Notes: generated by a model not told the origin, from the sequence alone. 48,545 bases of DNA from Thermoanaerobaculia bacterium (GCA_945787525.1 CALZJC010000003.1:4950-53494); one strand, 5' to 3'; counted from the stretch's first letter, positions 18,863-26,881 are shown. Translations and numbers: made by a program.

Positions 18863-20527
18863 TCAGGGAGCCAGTACCAGTTCTTGCCAGATGGTCACCG
18901 ACTTCTTGCCGTCGCGATCGCCGGCGCTGCCGTCCCACACCGCGAAGGCCACGGCGAGCTTCTGGCCCGCCACCAACGACGTCGCACCGGCGCCGCCGCG
19001 CTCCAACGACCGGCGGAAGAGCACCCGATACGAGCCGGTGGCCCAGCTGCCGGTGGAGCCGACCGCCAGATCCGCCGCGGGGCGCGCCCGCAGGGTGCCG
19101 AATCCCTCGGCGGTCAGGTCCTCGACGGACCGTTTTCCGGTGGGGTCGGAGACCACGTTACCGGCGCCCCAGGCGGTCACATAGGTCGGATCCGATTCCA
19201 GGGTCAGGGCGTCGCGGGTCGGCTGCTCCAGCGGCGAGCGCAGGAAGTTGGGATAGGAGTCGATGCCCATGTTGGGGTAGACCTTGTCGAGGTCCTGGTA
19301 GGCCGGCCGCAGGTCGGCCTGGCGCTCGGACTTCCACATCCAGATGTTCACCCCACCACCCGGTTGGCCCATGGCGAAGAACGGCGGATCCGCAGCCCGG
19401 GCAAGTTGCACCGCGGCCGCGTCGCGAAAGTCCTGCGGCCGGATGACCGTGTGGTCCCAGGTCGAGTCCGGCCAGACGAGCAGCACAGCCAGCTCCTCGC
19501 CATCGTGCGCCGCCATGACCGTCAGCTCCTCGGGTCGGTTGCCGCGCCACCACAGCGGCATCAGATGGAGCGAGACCGGCTCGATCGCCCTCCAGCCGCC
19601 GGCGTCCGGGTGGTCTGGCAGCTCATCGACGCGGCTCGCCACCACCCGGTAGCGCTTCATCTCCACCGTCTCGCGCTGCTCCGGACTCGACATCGAGAGC
19701 ACCAACCGGGTCAGATGCCAGGCGTCATCGCCGTGGAGATAGGGGCTGGACGGCATGGGCGAGCCGGGCAAGCCTGCGACGATCCGCCGGTAGACCTCTG
19801 CGGGCTCGGGCGTGCCCTTGAACACCCCCGCCGTCAGGTCGCGGGGCCGGGTCGGGCGACCCTGCGAGTCGAACTGCTCCTGCGCTCCATCACCACGGCC
19901 GGTCTCGCCGTGGCAGGGGGCGCATCCCTGGCCGAACAGCTCGCGCGCTCGCGCCTCGCCGGCGGGTGTCTCGGTCGGCATGGCGGCGGTTCGGATGATT
20001 CCCTTGCCGGTTCCGTACCGCTTCGTCGGCTCCTCCGGTCCGGGCACCTCGAGCGGGCGGCTGGACATGGACTTGATGTAGTGCACCAGCCCCCAGCGAT
20101 CCTCCTCGGGCAGATGCGCCCAGGAGGGCATGGCCGAACCCGGCATGCCGCGGGAGATCGTCCGGTAGAGGTCCTCGTCGGTGGGCACCCCCTCCCAGGT
20201 GGAGACCAGGCGATACTGACCGCGGGTGAAATCGCGAGGTTTGGGGTAGAGGAGGTATGCCGCCTCTCCTTGGCCGTCTCCCAGCATCCCGTGGCAGGCC
20301 TGGCACTGCTTCTCATAGACCGCCTGGCCGCGGCGCAGCAAGCTCGGCGACGTGGCGAGCGCTCGAGTCGGCTGGATCGACGCCTGGATCTCGCCGGTAG
20401 AGAGCTCGGTGGGCACCTGACTGCAGCCGCCCAGAGTCAGCCCGACCGATGCCGCGATCGCCACCCGAACGAGTCCCGGCCAGCGCCACCCGAGAGGTTG
20501 CACCCACAGCGGAACCTTGCGGCCCAT
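18863..20527 (-). CDS. Gamma subunit: probable lipoprotein, two c-type heme domains fused to an EB_dh-type (heme b) domain
   Basis: 554 aa. Possible signal/lipobox LTLGGCSQ. CQACHG and CAPCHG, each followed by a G(M/L)PGSxMP Met-ligand motif. The C-terminal half has EB_dh signatures (DAAAVQLA..., VNIWMWK, AVAFAVWDGSAGDRDGKKSVTIWQ). Confidence 0.8.
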   Translation of the reverse strand: MGRKVPLWVQPLGWRWPGLVRVAIAASVGLTLGGCSQVPTELSTGEIQASIQPTRALATSPSLLRRGQAVYEKQCQACHGMLGDGQGEAAYLLYPKPRDFTRGQYRLVSTWEGVPTDEDLYRTISRGMPGSAMPSWAHLPEEDRWGLVHYIKSMSSRPLEVPGPEEPTKRYGTGKGIIRTAAMPTETPAGEARARELFGQGCAPCHGETGRGDGAQEQFDSQGRPTRPRDLTAGVFKGTPEPAEVYRRIVAGLPGSPMPSSPYLHGDDAWHLTRLVLSMSSPEQRETVEMKRYRVVASRVDELPDHPDAGGWRAIEPVSLHLMPLWWRGNRPEELTVMAAHDGEELAVLLVWPDSTWDHTVIRPQDFRDAAAVQLARAADPPFFAMGQPGGGVNIWMWKSERQADLRPAYQDLDKVYPNMGIDSYPNFLRSPLEQPTRDALTLESDPTYVTAWGAGNVVSDPTGKRSVEDLTAEGFGTLRARPAADLAVGSTGSWATGSYRVLFRRSLERGGAGATSLVAGQKLAVAFAVWDGSAGDRDGKKSVTIWQELVLAP

Positions 20528-20655
20528 GAGAACCCCCCTTCTGCTTTCGAACGGTCGGCTCAGGATGCTCTCTGCGGCCCGCCTCGGGCAACACCCGCAC
20601 GGACGGGTGGGCTTCCTACCCCAGCGGGTAGGCAGGTTCGCTGAACCGCCGAGCC

Positions 20656-21444
20656 TCAGGTCACCCGGGCATGCCGGATCAGGCGGCTGAAGAGGCTGGG
20701 AAAGAGCCGTTTGAGATAGACCGCGTACCTCTCCTTGCCACCGATCAGCACTTCTTCGCGATCCCGCTCGACGGCCCGGACGATCTTCGCCGCGCAGCGC
20801 TCGACCGGGTAGCCCCGGCTCTGGGCCCGGTCCATGAATCCCTGGGGGGTGCCGTCGCCGGTCAGGGCGTGCAGCGGCAGGTCGGTCTTGATGAAGCCGG
20901 GACAGACCAGGGTCACCCGGATGCCCGCGCTCCAGAGCTCCGAGCGCAGCGAGTCGAAGAAGCCGTGCAGCGCGTGCTTCGAGGCGGCATAGGCGGAGCG
21001 CACCGGGGTGCCGATCTTGCCCACCAGGCTGGTGACGACGACGAAACGGCCGCCGCCGGCCTCGAGCATCGACGGCAGCAGCGCCTTGGTGAGGGCCACG
21101 GTGCCAAAGAAGTTGGTTTCAAAAAGGCGGCGGTCGACCGCGAGGTCGGTATCGACGACCAGCGCCCGCTGGCTGATGCCGGCGTTGTGCACCATGACGT
21201 CGATGCGGCCGGCGTGCCTAAGCGCCGCCTCGACGGCGACCGGGATCGTCTCGGTCGCGGCCAGGTCCAGCGGCACCACTTTGTGGCGCTCGGGCTCGCC
21301 GAGCGCGTGCCGTAGGTCCTCCAGTTTGTCAGCGCGGCGCGCCGAGAGGATCAGCCGCGCGCCGCGCTCGGCGAGGAGCCGGGCGACCGCCTCACCGATG
21401 CCTGAGGAGGCGCCGGTGATCCAGACCACTTTGTCCCGCCACAT
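20656..21444 (-). CDS. Short-chain dehydrogenase/reductase (SDR)
   Basis: Motifs TGASSGIGEAVARLL, NNAG-type HNAGIS and YAASKHAL. 262 aa. Confidence 0.9.
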   Translation of the reverse strand: MWRDKVVWITGASSGIGEAVARLLAERGARLILSARRADKLEDLRHALGEPERHKVVPLDLAATETIPVAVEAALRHAGRIDVMVHNAGISQRALVVDTDLAVDRRLFETNFFGTVALTKALLPSMLEAGGGRFVVVTSLVGKIGTPVRSAYAASKHALHGFFDSLRSELWSAGIRVTLVCPGFIKTDLPLHALTGDGTPQGFMDRAQSRGYPVERCAAKIVRAVERDREEVLIGGKERYAVYLKRLFPSLFSRLIRHARVT

Positions 21445-21581
21445 GCCGGTCTCCAGCGTAGCAGAGGCGAGAGAGGCGCTCGTCTGGAGCGGTCGGCCGA
21501 GGAGCCCTTGCGGAACCGGTCTCCACCCTGGTCAGATCCCGCCGGGGGACAGCGCCGTAATTACCTGAGGAGAGCCAGACC

Positions 21582-22544
21582 GTGCACCGAGTCCCCCACC
21601 TGTTCCTGGCGCTTGTCGGCCTGTTGGCGGCGGGCACGCTGACCACCACGAGGGCGACGGCCGAGGAAGAGCCGCCGCCGGGCGTCGAGCAGCTGCTGCC
21701 GCGGGGTCGCATCGCGGCGGTCCTCGAGCCGCAGTTCGTGCCCGCCGCCGAGGCCGACCTGCCCGACGACGCCTGGGTGCTCGGCGTCGTCATCGACGGC
21801 ATCGCCAAGGCCTATAGCCTGAACCTGTTGAACCGCCACGAGGTGGTCAACGACCGGACCGGCGAGACCGCCTACGCGGCGGTCTGGTGACCGCTGGCCA
21901 ACACGGCCGTCGTGTACGGCCGAGAATACGGCGATCGGGAGCTCAACTTCGAGGCCTCGGGGGCGCTCTGGCAGGCGTCGCTGGTGATGCGTGACCGGGA
22001 GACCGACAGCTGGTGGTCGATCATGACCTCCAAGGCCATCGGCGGCGAGCTGCACGGCGCCGACCTGGTCGAGATGCCCTATGGGGAGAAGCGCACCTGG
22101 GGCGATTGGCGGGCGCGCTATCCCGACAGCATGGTGCTGTCGGTGGAGGGCAGCCAGCACGAAGCGCACAGCCCCTATGACGAGTACTTCGCCAACGACA
22201 ACACGTTCCGCGATCTGGAGATCGCCGACCGGCGGCTCGGGCCCAAGACGCCGGTCTTCAGCTTCTTTCTCGACGGCAAGCCGTATGCGGTGCCGCACGC
22301 CGCCGTCGAGGGTCGGCGACTGTTCGAGGTCGGTGACGTCAGGCTGTTGTTCTTTCGCCAGCCCGGCGCCGAGCTGTTCGCCTCGACGCGGGCCTGGATC
22401 GCACCACCGGAGGCGGGCGGCACCGTCGAGGCACTGCCGGCCGACGATGAGCTGGAGGCCGCCGGCTTCGAGGTGCTGGGCGGTATCGATACGTTCTGGT
22501 ACACCTGGGCCGCGGTCAACGAGAGATCCGAGATCCTGCGCTAG
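21582..22544 (+). CDS. DUF3179-family secreted protein with an in-frame TGA (21888-21890) at the family Cys position: candidate selenoprotein or nonsense pseudogene
   Basis: GTG 21582 follows GAGGAG, with a signal-like N-terminus. Track ORFs 21582..21890 and 21912..22544 share a frame and together read ...VVNDRTGETAYAAVW-TGA-PLANTAVVYGREYGDRELNFEASGALWQASLVMRDRETDSWWS. This is colinear with the DUF3179 core (..VTYCPLC..FgvSG.L..snlvmyDreTeSlW). Confidence 0.7.
21904..21922 (+). other. SECIS-like hairpin 13 nt downstream of the DUF3179 TGA
   Basis: A perfect 7-bp stem, cggccgt / acggccg, with loop CGUGU. The loop G/U falls about 22-23 nt after the UGA. Confidence 0.4.
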
Positions 22545-22593
22545 CGCGGCGGGGGCTCTGGGTTGGGGGCTGTTAGGCTGGCGGTGCCAGCCG

Positions 22594-23040
22594 ATGCCTG
22601 CCGACGCCCATCCCAAGGTCATCGAAGCGGCCGGCGGCATCCTCTGGCGCCGCGCGGGCGAGGTCGTCCGGCTGGCGGTGGTCCATCGGCCGCGTCATCG
22701 GGACTGGTCGCTGCCCAAGGGCAAGTGCGACCGGGGGGAGAGCTGGCAGGAGACGGCGTTGCGCGAGGTGCTCGAGGAGACCGGCTGCCAGGCCGAGATC
22801 GAGCGCTTTGCCGGCGGCACCATCTACACGGTCAAAGGGCGCCCCAAGGTGGTGCTCTTCTGGCACATGGCGGTGACCCGGGAGGGTGCCTTCCGGCCCA
22901 ACGACGAGATCGATCGGCTCGAATGGATGACCCCGGAGGCGGCGCTCGAGAGACTCGACTACGAGACCGAGCGAGAGCTGCTGATGCGGGGTCTGGTGGA
23001 GCTGCGCCAGGCGGGATCGGCGACCGTCCGGCCAGGTTGA
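22594..23040 (+). CDS. NUDIX hydrolase
   Basis: Nudix box GKCDRGESWQETALREVLEETGC. The real start is ATG 22594; the upstream part of the 319-aa track ORF overlaps DUF3179 out of frame. Confidence 0.85.
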   Translation: MPADAHPKVIEAAGGILWRRAGEVVRLAVVHRPRHRDWSLPKGKCDRGESWQETALREVLEETGCQAEIERFAGGTIYTVKGRPKVVLFWHMAVTREGAFRPNDEIDRLEWMTPEAALERLDYETERELLMRGLVELRQAGSATVRPG

Positions 23041-23043
23041 ACC

Positions 23044-24603
23044 TCAGCGCCGCGAGCGCTCGAACGATCCGCGCTGGTCTGAGATGACGCCCCGGTCGAG
23101 GTACTTCTTCGTCACCCGGGCACGCTTGGCGGCGTCGGTCATCGGGCTGCCGCCGTGCGTCACGCGGATGTCGAGATAGGCGGCGATGAGCTCGAGCTCC
23201 TGCTCCGTGCCCCAGCCCGCCGGATTGCCCAGCCCGGTCCGGTCCAGGGCCTTCTCCAGGCACCTTCCTACGTAGGCCGGGCGGTTGACGTGGTTGTCGA
23301 GGATCAGGCCGACGCCGTACTCCGAGCTCACCAGGGCCGCGATGCGATGGCCGCCGGCGGTGTAGCTGTCGGTGTCGTAGAACTGCTCCAGCCGCGCCAG
23401 GGCATGCTTCACCTCCATCGCCTGTACGGCCGGGTCCTGCCCGGCGCGCCAGAAGTAGAACGCCCAGGGCCCCTGGCGAAGCTGCGCCTTGTCGGTGGCT
23501 GAGCGGATCGTCTGGCCGCGGAGCACGAAGCGGGCGGTTATCGGCCCGGTCTTCGACGACTCCCAGCCCGCGGGTCTGATGTCGCTGATGTCGAGGCCGT
23601 GCTGGCCGCAGTACTTGTCGAACAGATCGGGCTCCTCGGCCTTGACACGGGCCAGAAACGCCGGCAGCTCGCCCGGCTCCGACCTCTGGCCGCCGGTCCA
23701 CTGGAACAGGCCGAAGGAGAGAAAAGCGCTGTCCCAGGTATTGATGGCGTCCAGGTTTCCCTCGTTCTCGGCTACCGCCATCATGACGTTGATCTCGGAC
23801 TGGGTGACGCCGAGCGCGCGCAGCTTCTCGACATTGGATTCGACGAAGGAGAGCGGCTTCTGGTCGCCGGTGCTGAACAGGCCGAGGCGGAACCGGCGGA
23901 ACCGCTTGCGGCGCACGCCGTCGGAGATCTCGAGCGCCTGCTTGTTGCCCTGCCCCATGACCGACCTGATGCTCAACGAGCCGGGCGCCGGCCCCGAGAC
24001 GTGACTCGGATCGTGCCACTGGTCGCCGTAGGAGCGGCCCAGCCTGGCGACGATCCGCTCGGCCATCGCCCGGGTGAGCGCCGCGCCGTCACCGTCGAGC
24101 CCCTCCCTGGCGGCGAAGGCGGCCACCGCCTTGCGGGTGGATCGACCGTAGCCACCGTCGGCGCCGTACCGCTGCCAGGCGAGCTGCTCGCCGTATCCCA
24201 GGTCGTTGAGCAGGGTCTGGAGAGCGGCGATACGGATGCGGTCGCCGCCGCCGGAGACATAGCTCCTCGCGACTCTCTTCTCGTTTACGTCGTCGGCGAG
24301 CTGCTTGAGCTCCTCCAGCGAGTCGTATCGCGCCAGGATGCTTCGGGCCAGCGGTGCCGTGACCGTCTGGCCCCTGGCGGTCGAGCCGTTGCGCTTGGCG
24401 AACTCGGCAACCGCCGCGACCGTCGCACCGCCGTAGCCGCCGTCGGCTCCGAAGCGCTCCCACTTCAGCTGCTGGTCGAAGCCCAACCAGTGGAGCAGGG
24501 TCTGGAGCGCAGCGGTGGCGTGGCGGGCGGAGGAGCCCTTGCGTAGCGTGGTGGCGACCGTGTCCTCGTCGATCAGCTGCTGGACGGTGAGTCGTTCTCT
24601 CAT
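23044..24603 (-). CDS. Peptidoglycan-binding (2x PG_binding_1) protein with lysozyme-like C-terminal domain; no signal peptide
   Basis: Start taken as ATG 24603 with a GGGAGGGAGGA SD. Two repeats of ALQTLL..LG....L.W.R.GADGGYG..T..AVA.FA. The C-terminal AVAENEGNLDAINTWDSAFLSFGLFQWT resembles a muramidase/transglycosylase catalytic region. Confidence 0.6.
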   Translation of the reverse strand: MRERLTVQQLIDEDTVATTLRKGSSARHATAALQTLLHWLGFDQQLKWERFGADGGYGGATVAAVAEFAKRNGSTARGQTVTAPLARSILARYDSLEELKQLADDVNEKRVARSYVSGGGDRIRIAALQTLLNDLGYGEQLAWQRYGADGGYGRSTRKAVAAFAAREGLDGDGAALTRAMAERIVARLGRSYGDQWHDPSHVSGPAPGSLSIRSVMGQGNKQALEISDGVRRKRFRRFRLGLFSTGDQKPLSFVESNVEKLRALGVTQSEINVMMAVAENEGNLDAINTWDSAFLSFGLFQWTGGQRSEPGELPAFLARVKAEEPDLFDKYCGQHGLDISDIRPAGWESSKTGPITARFVLRGQTIRSATDKAQLRQGPWAFYFWRAGQDPAVQAMEVKHALARLEQFYDTDSYTAGGHRIAALVSSEYGVGLILDNHVNRPAYVGRCLEKALDRTGLGNPAGWGTEQELELIAAYLDIRVTHGGSPMTDAAKRARVTKKYLDRGVISDQRGSFERSRR

Positions 24604-24777
24604 GGTGGTGGGTCCTCCCTCCCGTCGGTGGTCGAGCGGCAAGCGGCTCGATGCGGTTCGCTTCCGCCGCCCGGCGGTCGTCTGGCGATCGCGCGGGCGC
24701 CCTCTGGCCCAGGTTGTCGGGCTGTCGGCGGCGGCATTCTGGCACGCCGGGCCCGAGCGCCGTCCGGTCGCTCGGAG

Positions 24778-25752
24778 TCAGGCTCGGCGGACGGCCGAGC
24801 GAGGCTGCCGTCCCAGCCGCACTCTGTCGCAGAGCTCGAGAGCGGCCTCCTCCCATGCGGGGTAGCGGAAGCGGAAGCCGTCTTCGACCAGCCGGCGCGG
24901 CACGACCCGCCGGCTCTTGAGAATCAGCTCGGTCTCGGTGCGGAGGAAGAACGCGCCGAGAGTCAGCATCCACTCGGTGGCCGGCAGGCCCCAGCCGATG
25001 CCCCAGGCTTTGCGCAGCTCGCGCATGAAGTCGGCGTTGGGCAGCGGATTCGGCGCCGACAGGTTGACCGGGCCCGAGACCTGGCATCCGATCAGCCAGT
25101 ACACGGCGCGCACGAAGTCCTCCTCGTGGATCCAGGAGACGTACTGCCGACCGTTCCCGGCCCGTCCGCCGAGTCCCACCTTGACCAGGTTCAGGAGCCG
25201 GTCGAAGACGCCGCCGCGATCCGGGCTCATCGTCATGGCGCTGCGCAGAAGCACTTTGCGCGTCGCCGGCAGGTGTGGCTCCTCGGCCGCAGCCTCCCAG
25301 GCCTTGGCGACGTCGGTGCTGAAGCGCCAGGTGGCCGGTGCCTCGGGCTCTTCGCCGCCCAGTATGCCGTCCTGTTCGTCGTTCGGCGCATCGTAGCGGT
25401 GGGCATAGATCGTGGCGGTGCTCGCCTGGAGCCAGACGCCCGGCGGTCGACGGGCGGCGGCGATGGCCTGGCCGACCAGGCGGGTCGTGTCCAGGCGCGA
25501 CTCGAGGATCGAGCGCCGGTTGGCGGCGCCATAGCGGCAGTCGACGCTACGTCCGGCGAGATTGACGACCACGTCCGAGCCGTCGACCTGTTCGATCCAC
25601 CGCCCGAGCGTGGCGCCGTCCCAGCGCGTCGAGCGCCACGGTGCCGGGCGCGGGTCGCGGCTCAGCACCGCCACCCGATGTCCGTCGCGGTGGAACGCTC
25701 GCGCGAGGATCGTTCCTACCTGGCCGGAGCCGCCTGGGATCACCACCTTCAT
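24778..25752 (-). CDS. NAD-dependent epimerase/dehydratase family protein with DUF1731 C-terminus (YfcH-like)
   Basis: Start ATG 25752 (MKVVIPGGSGQVGTIL, GGAGAGGAG SD) overlaps the TetR stop as ATGA. C-terminus SRRVVPRRLVEDGFRFRYP. Confidence 0.85.
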   Translation of the reverse strand: MKVVIPGGSGQVGTILARAFHRDGHRVAVLSRDPRPAPWRSTRWDGATLGRWIEQVDGSDVVVNLAGRSVDCRYGAANRRSILESRLDTTRLVGQAIAAARRPPGVWLQASTATIYAHRYDAPNDEQDGILGGEEPEAPATWRFSTDVAKAWEAAAEEPHLPATRKVLLRSAMTMSPDRGGVFDRLLNLVKVGLGGRAGNGRQYVSWIHEEDFVRAVYWLIGCQVSGPVNLSAPNPLPNADFMRELRKAWGIGWGLPATEWMLTLGAFFLRTETELILKSRRVVPRRLVEDGFRFRYPAWEEAALELCDRVRLGRQPRSAVRRA

Positions 25753-26516
25753 TCGGAGCTCCTCTCCTGGCCCCCGGGCACGGGCTCGGCCCCCGGCCCC
25801 GCGAGCGCTCGCAGCTCGCCGGTGAGCTGGACCGCGCGGCGCACCAGGGGACGCATCAGGGTCAGCGACGACAGGTTGATCAGGTTCACCACTATGTCGG
25901 CGGTGCGATCGATCAGCTTGAAGGTACGCGCGCAGCCCGCCGAGTCGTCGTGGATCCAGAAGAGGATGATCCCCATGAGGTAGAGCCACAGCAGATTGGG
26001 CAGCTCGTCGGCCAGCTCTGGAGAGACCCGGGCATCGGAGCCCTCCACCACCAGGGCCATCAGCTCGGTGGCCTCTCGGCGCGTCGGCATGGACTCGGAG
26101 CTGAACGGGCTCAGCGGGCTAGCCGGGTCCGCGGCGGTCTTGAACAGCTGGCCGGCGAAGCGATGGTAGGGCTGCGCCGTTTCGATCTTGGTGTAGAGCA
26201 CCGCCAGAAGTCGCTGCTTGAGGTCGCGTTCGGTCTCCAGGGCGTCGACACAGGCGACCAGGTGCTCGGCGTTGGAGCGGCCGTAGTAGGCCTGGATGAG
26301 ATGCTCCTTGGACTCGAAGTAGTAGTAGGCGTTGCCGATGGATACGCCGGCTTCCGAGGCGATCGCCCGCATGGTGGTGCCCTCGTAGCCGTGCTCGCGG
26401 AACAGCCGCAGGGCGGTCTCCACGATGGTTCGCCGCGTCAGGTCGGCCTTCTTGGGCTTGGCGGGCCCGCCGGGGCCGACGCCGGCTCCGGTCTGCCCGG
26501 TCTGCTCGTCGGTCAT
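25749..26516 (-). CDS. TetR/AcrR-family transcriptional regulator
   Basis: HTH region: IVETALRLFREHGYEGTTMRAIASEAGVSIGNAYYYFESKEHLI. Confidence 0.9.
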   Translation of the reverse strand: MTDEQTGQTGAGVGPGGPAKPKKADLTRRTIVETALRLFREHGYEGTTMRAIASEAGVSIGNAYYYFESKEHLIQAYYGRSNAEHLVACVDALETERDLKQRLLAVLYTKIETAQPYHRFAGQLFKTAADPASPLSPFSSESMPTRREATELMALVVEGSDARVSPELADELPNLLWLYLMGIILFWIHDDSAGCARTFKLIDRTADIVVNLINLSSLTLMRPLVRRAVQLTGELRALAGPGAEPVPGGQERSSE

Positions 26517-26532
26517 GCTCTGCCTCCTCCGG

Positions 26533-26877
26533 TCAGGCGAACCTGTTTCGGTTCTTCGATACTTGCCGGATGAAGGCCTCGGCGGCCCACCAGGCGCCCG
26601 GAGTGCGCATGGCGAGAGCGGTGGAGCGGTGCCGGCGCAGCGCCCACAGGCAGATGATCCACGCTTTGGGTCCGCGGTAGATCTCGCCGGTGTCGGCGAT
26701 CACGGTGATCTCTGCCAGGCTGGCGTCGTGGTCGAGGCCGGGGAAGAGGCCGCGCGCTTCCTCTCCGCCGGCGGCCACGAAGACCAGCGGCACGTACTGG
26801 CTCTGCCGCCCGAGCCAGGCGCGGGCGCGCCGGCACAGCGCACAGTCGGCGTCGTAGAGAATCGTCAGGCGACGCAT
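26533..26877 (-). CDS. Thiol-disulfide oxidoreductase DCC family (DUF393)
   Basis: N-terminal ILYDADCALCRRARAWL (DCxxC). 114 aa. Confidence 0.8.
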   Translation of the reverse strand: MRRLTILYDADCALCRRARAWLGRQSQYVPLVFVAAGGEEARGLFPGLDHDASLAEITVIADTGEIYRGPKAWIICLWALRRHRSTALAMRTPGAWWAAEAFIRQVSKNRNRFA

Positions 26878-26881
26878 CGCT

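Noticed and set aside
15242-19184. Plus-strand ORFs 15242..16870 (542 aa), 17550..19184 (544 aa) and 18884..20644 (586 aa)
   Set aside because: They are antisense to the alpha and gamma genes, have a Gly/Ala/Val/Arg/Asp-rich mirror composition, and show no motifs.
12054-20527. Calling the operon a bona fide nitrite oxidoreductase (nxrABC) and the organism a nitrite oxidiser
   Set aside because: Motif-level similarity from memory cannot separate nitrite-oxidising, nitrate-reducing and other substrate specificities within this enzyme clade. The catalytic gene is also frameshifted in this sequence. I kept the call at the family level.
21888-21890. Genome-wide reassignment of TGA (to Trp/Gly) as the explanation for both in-frame TGAs
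   Set aside because: Several well-delimited genes in this window terminate at TGA exactly where the family ends or where ATGA coupling occurs (alpha 15383, chaperone 12914, TetR 25749). TGA is therefore a functional stop here. Site-specific Sec recoding or nonsense mutation are the only viable readings.
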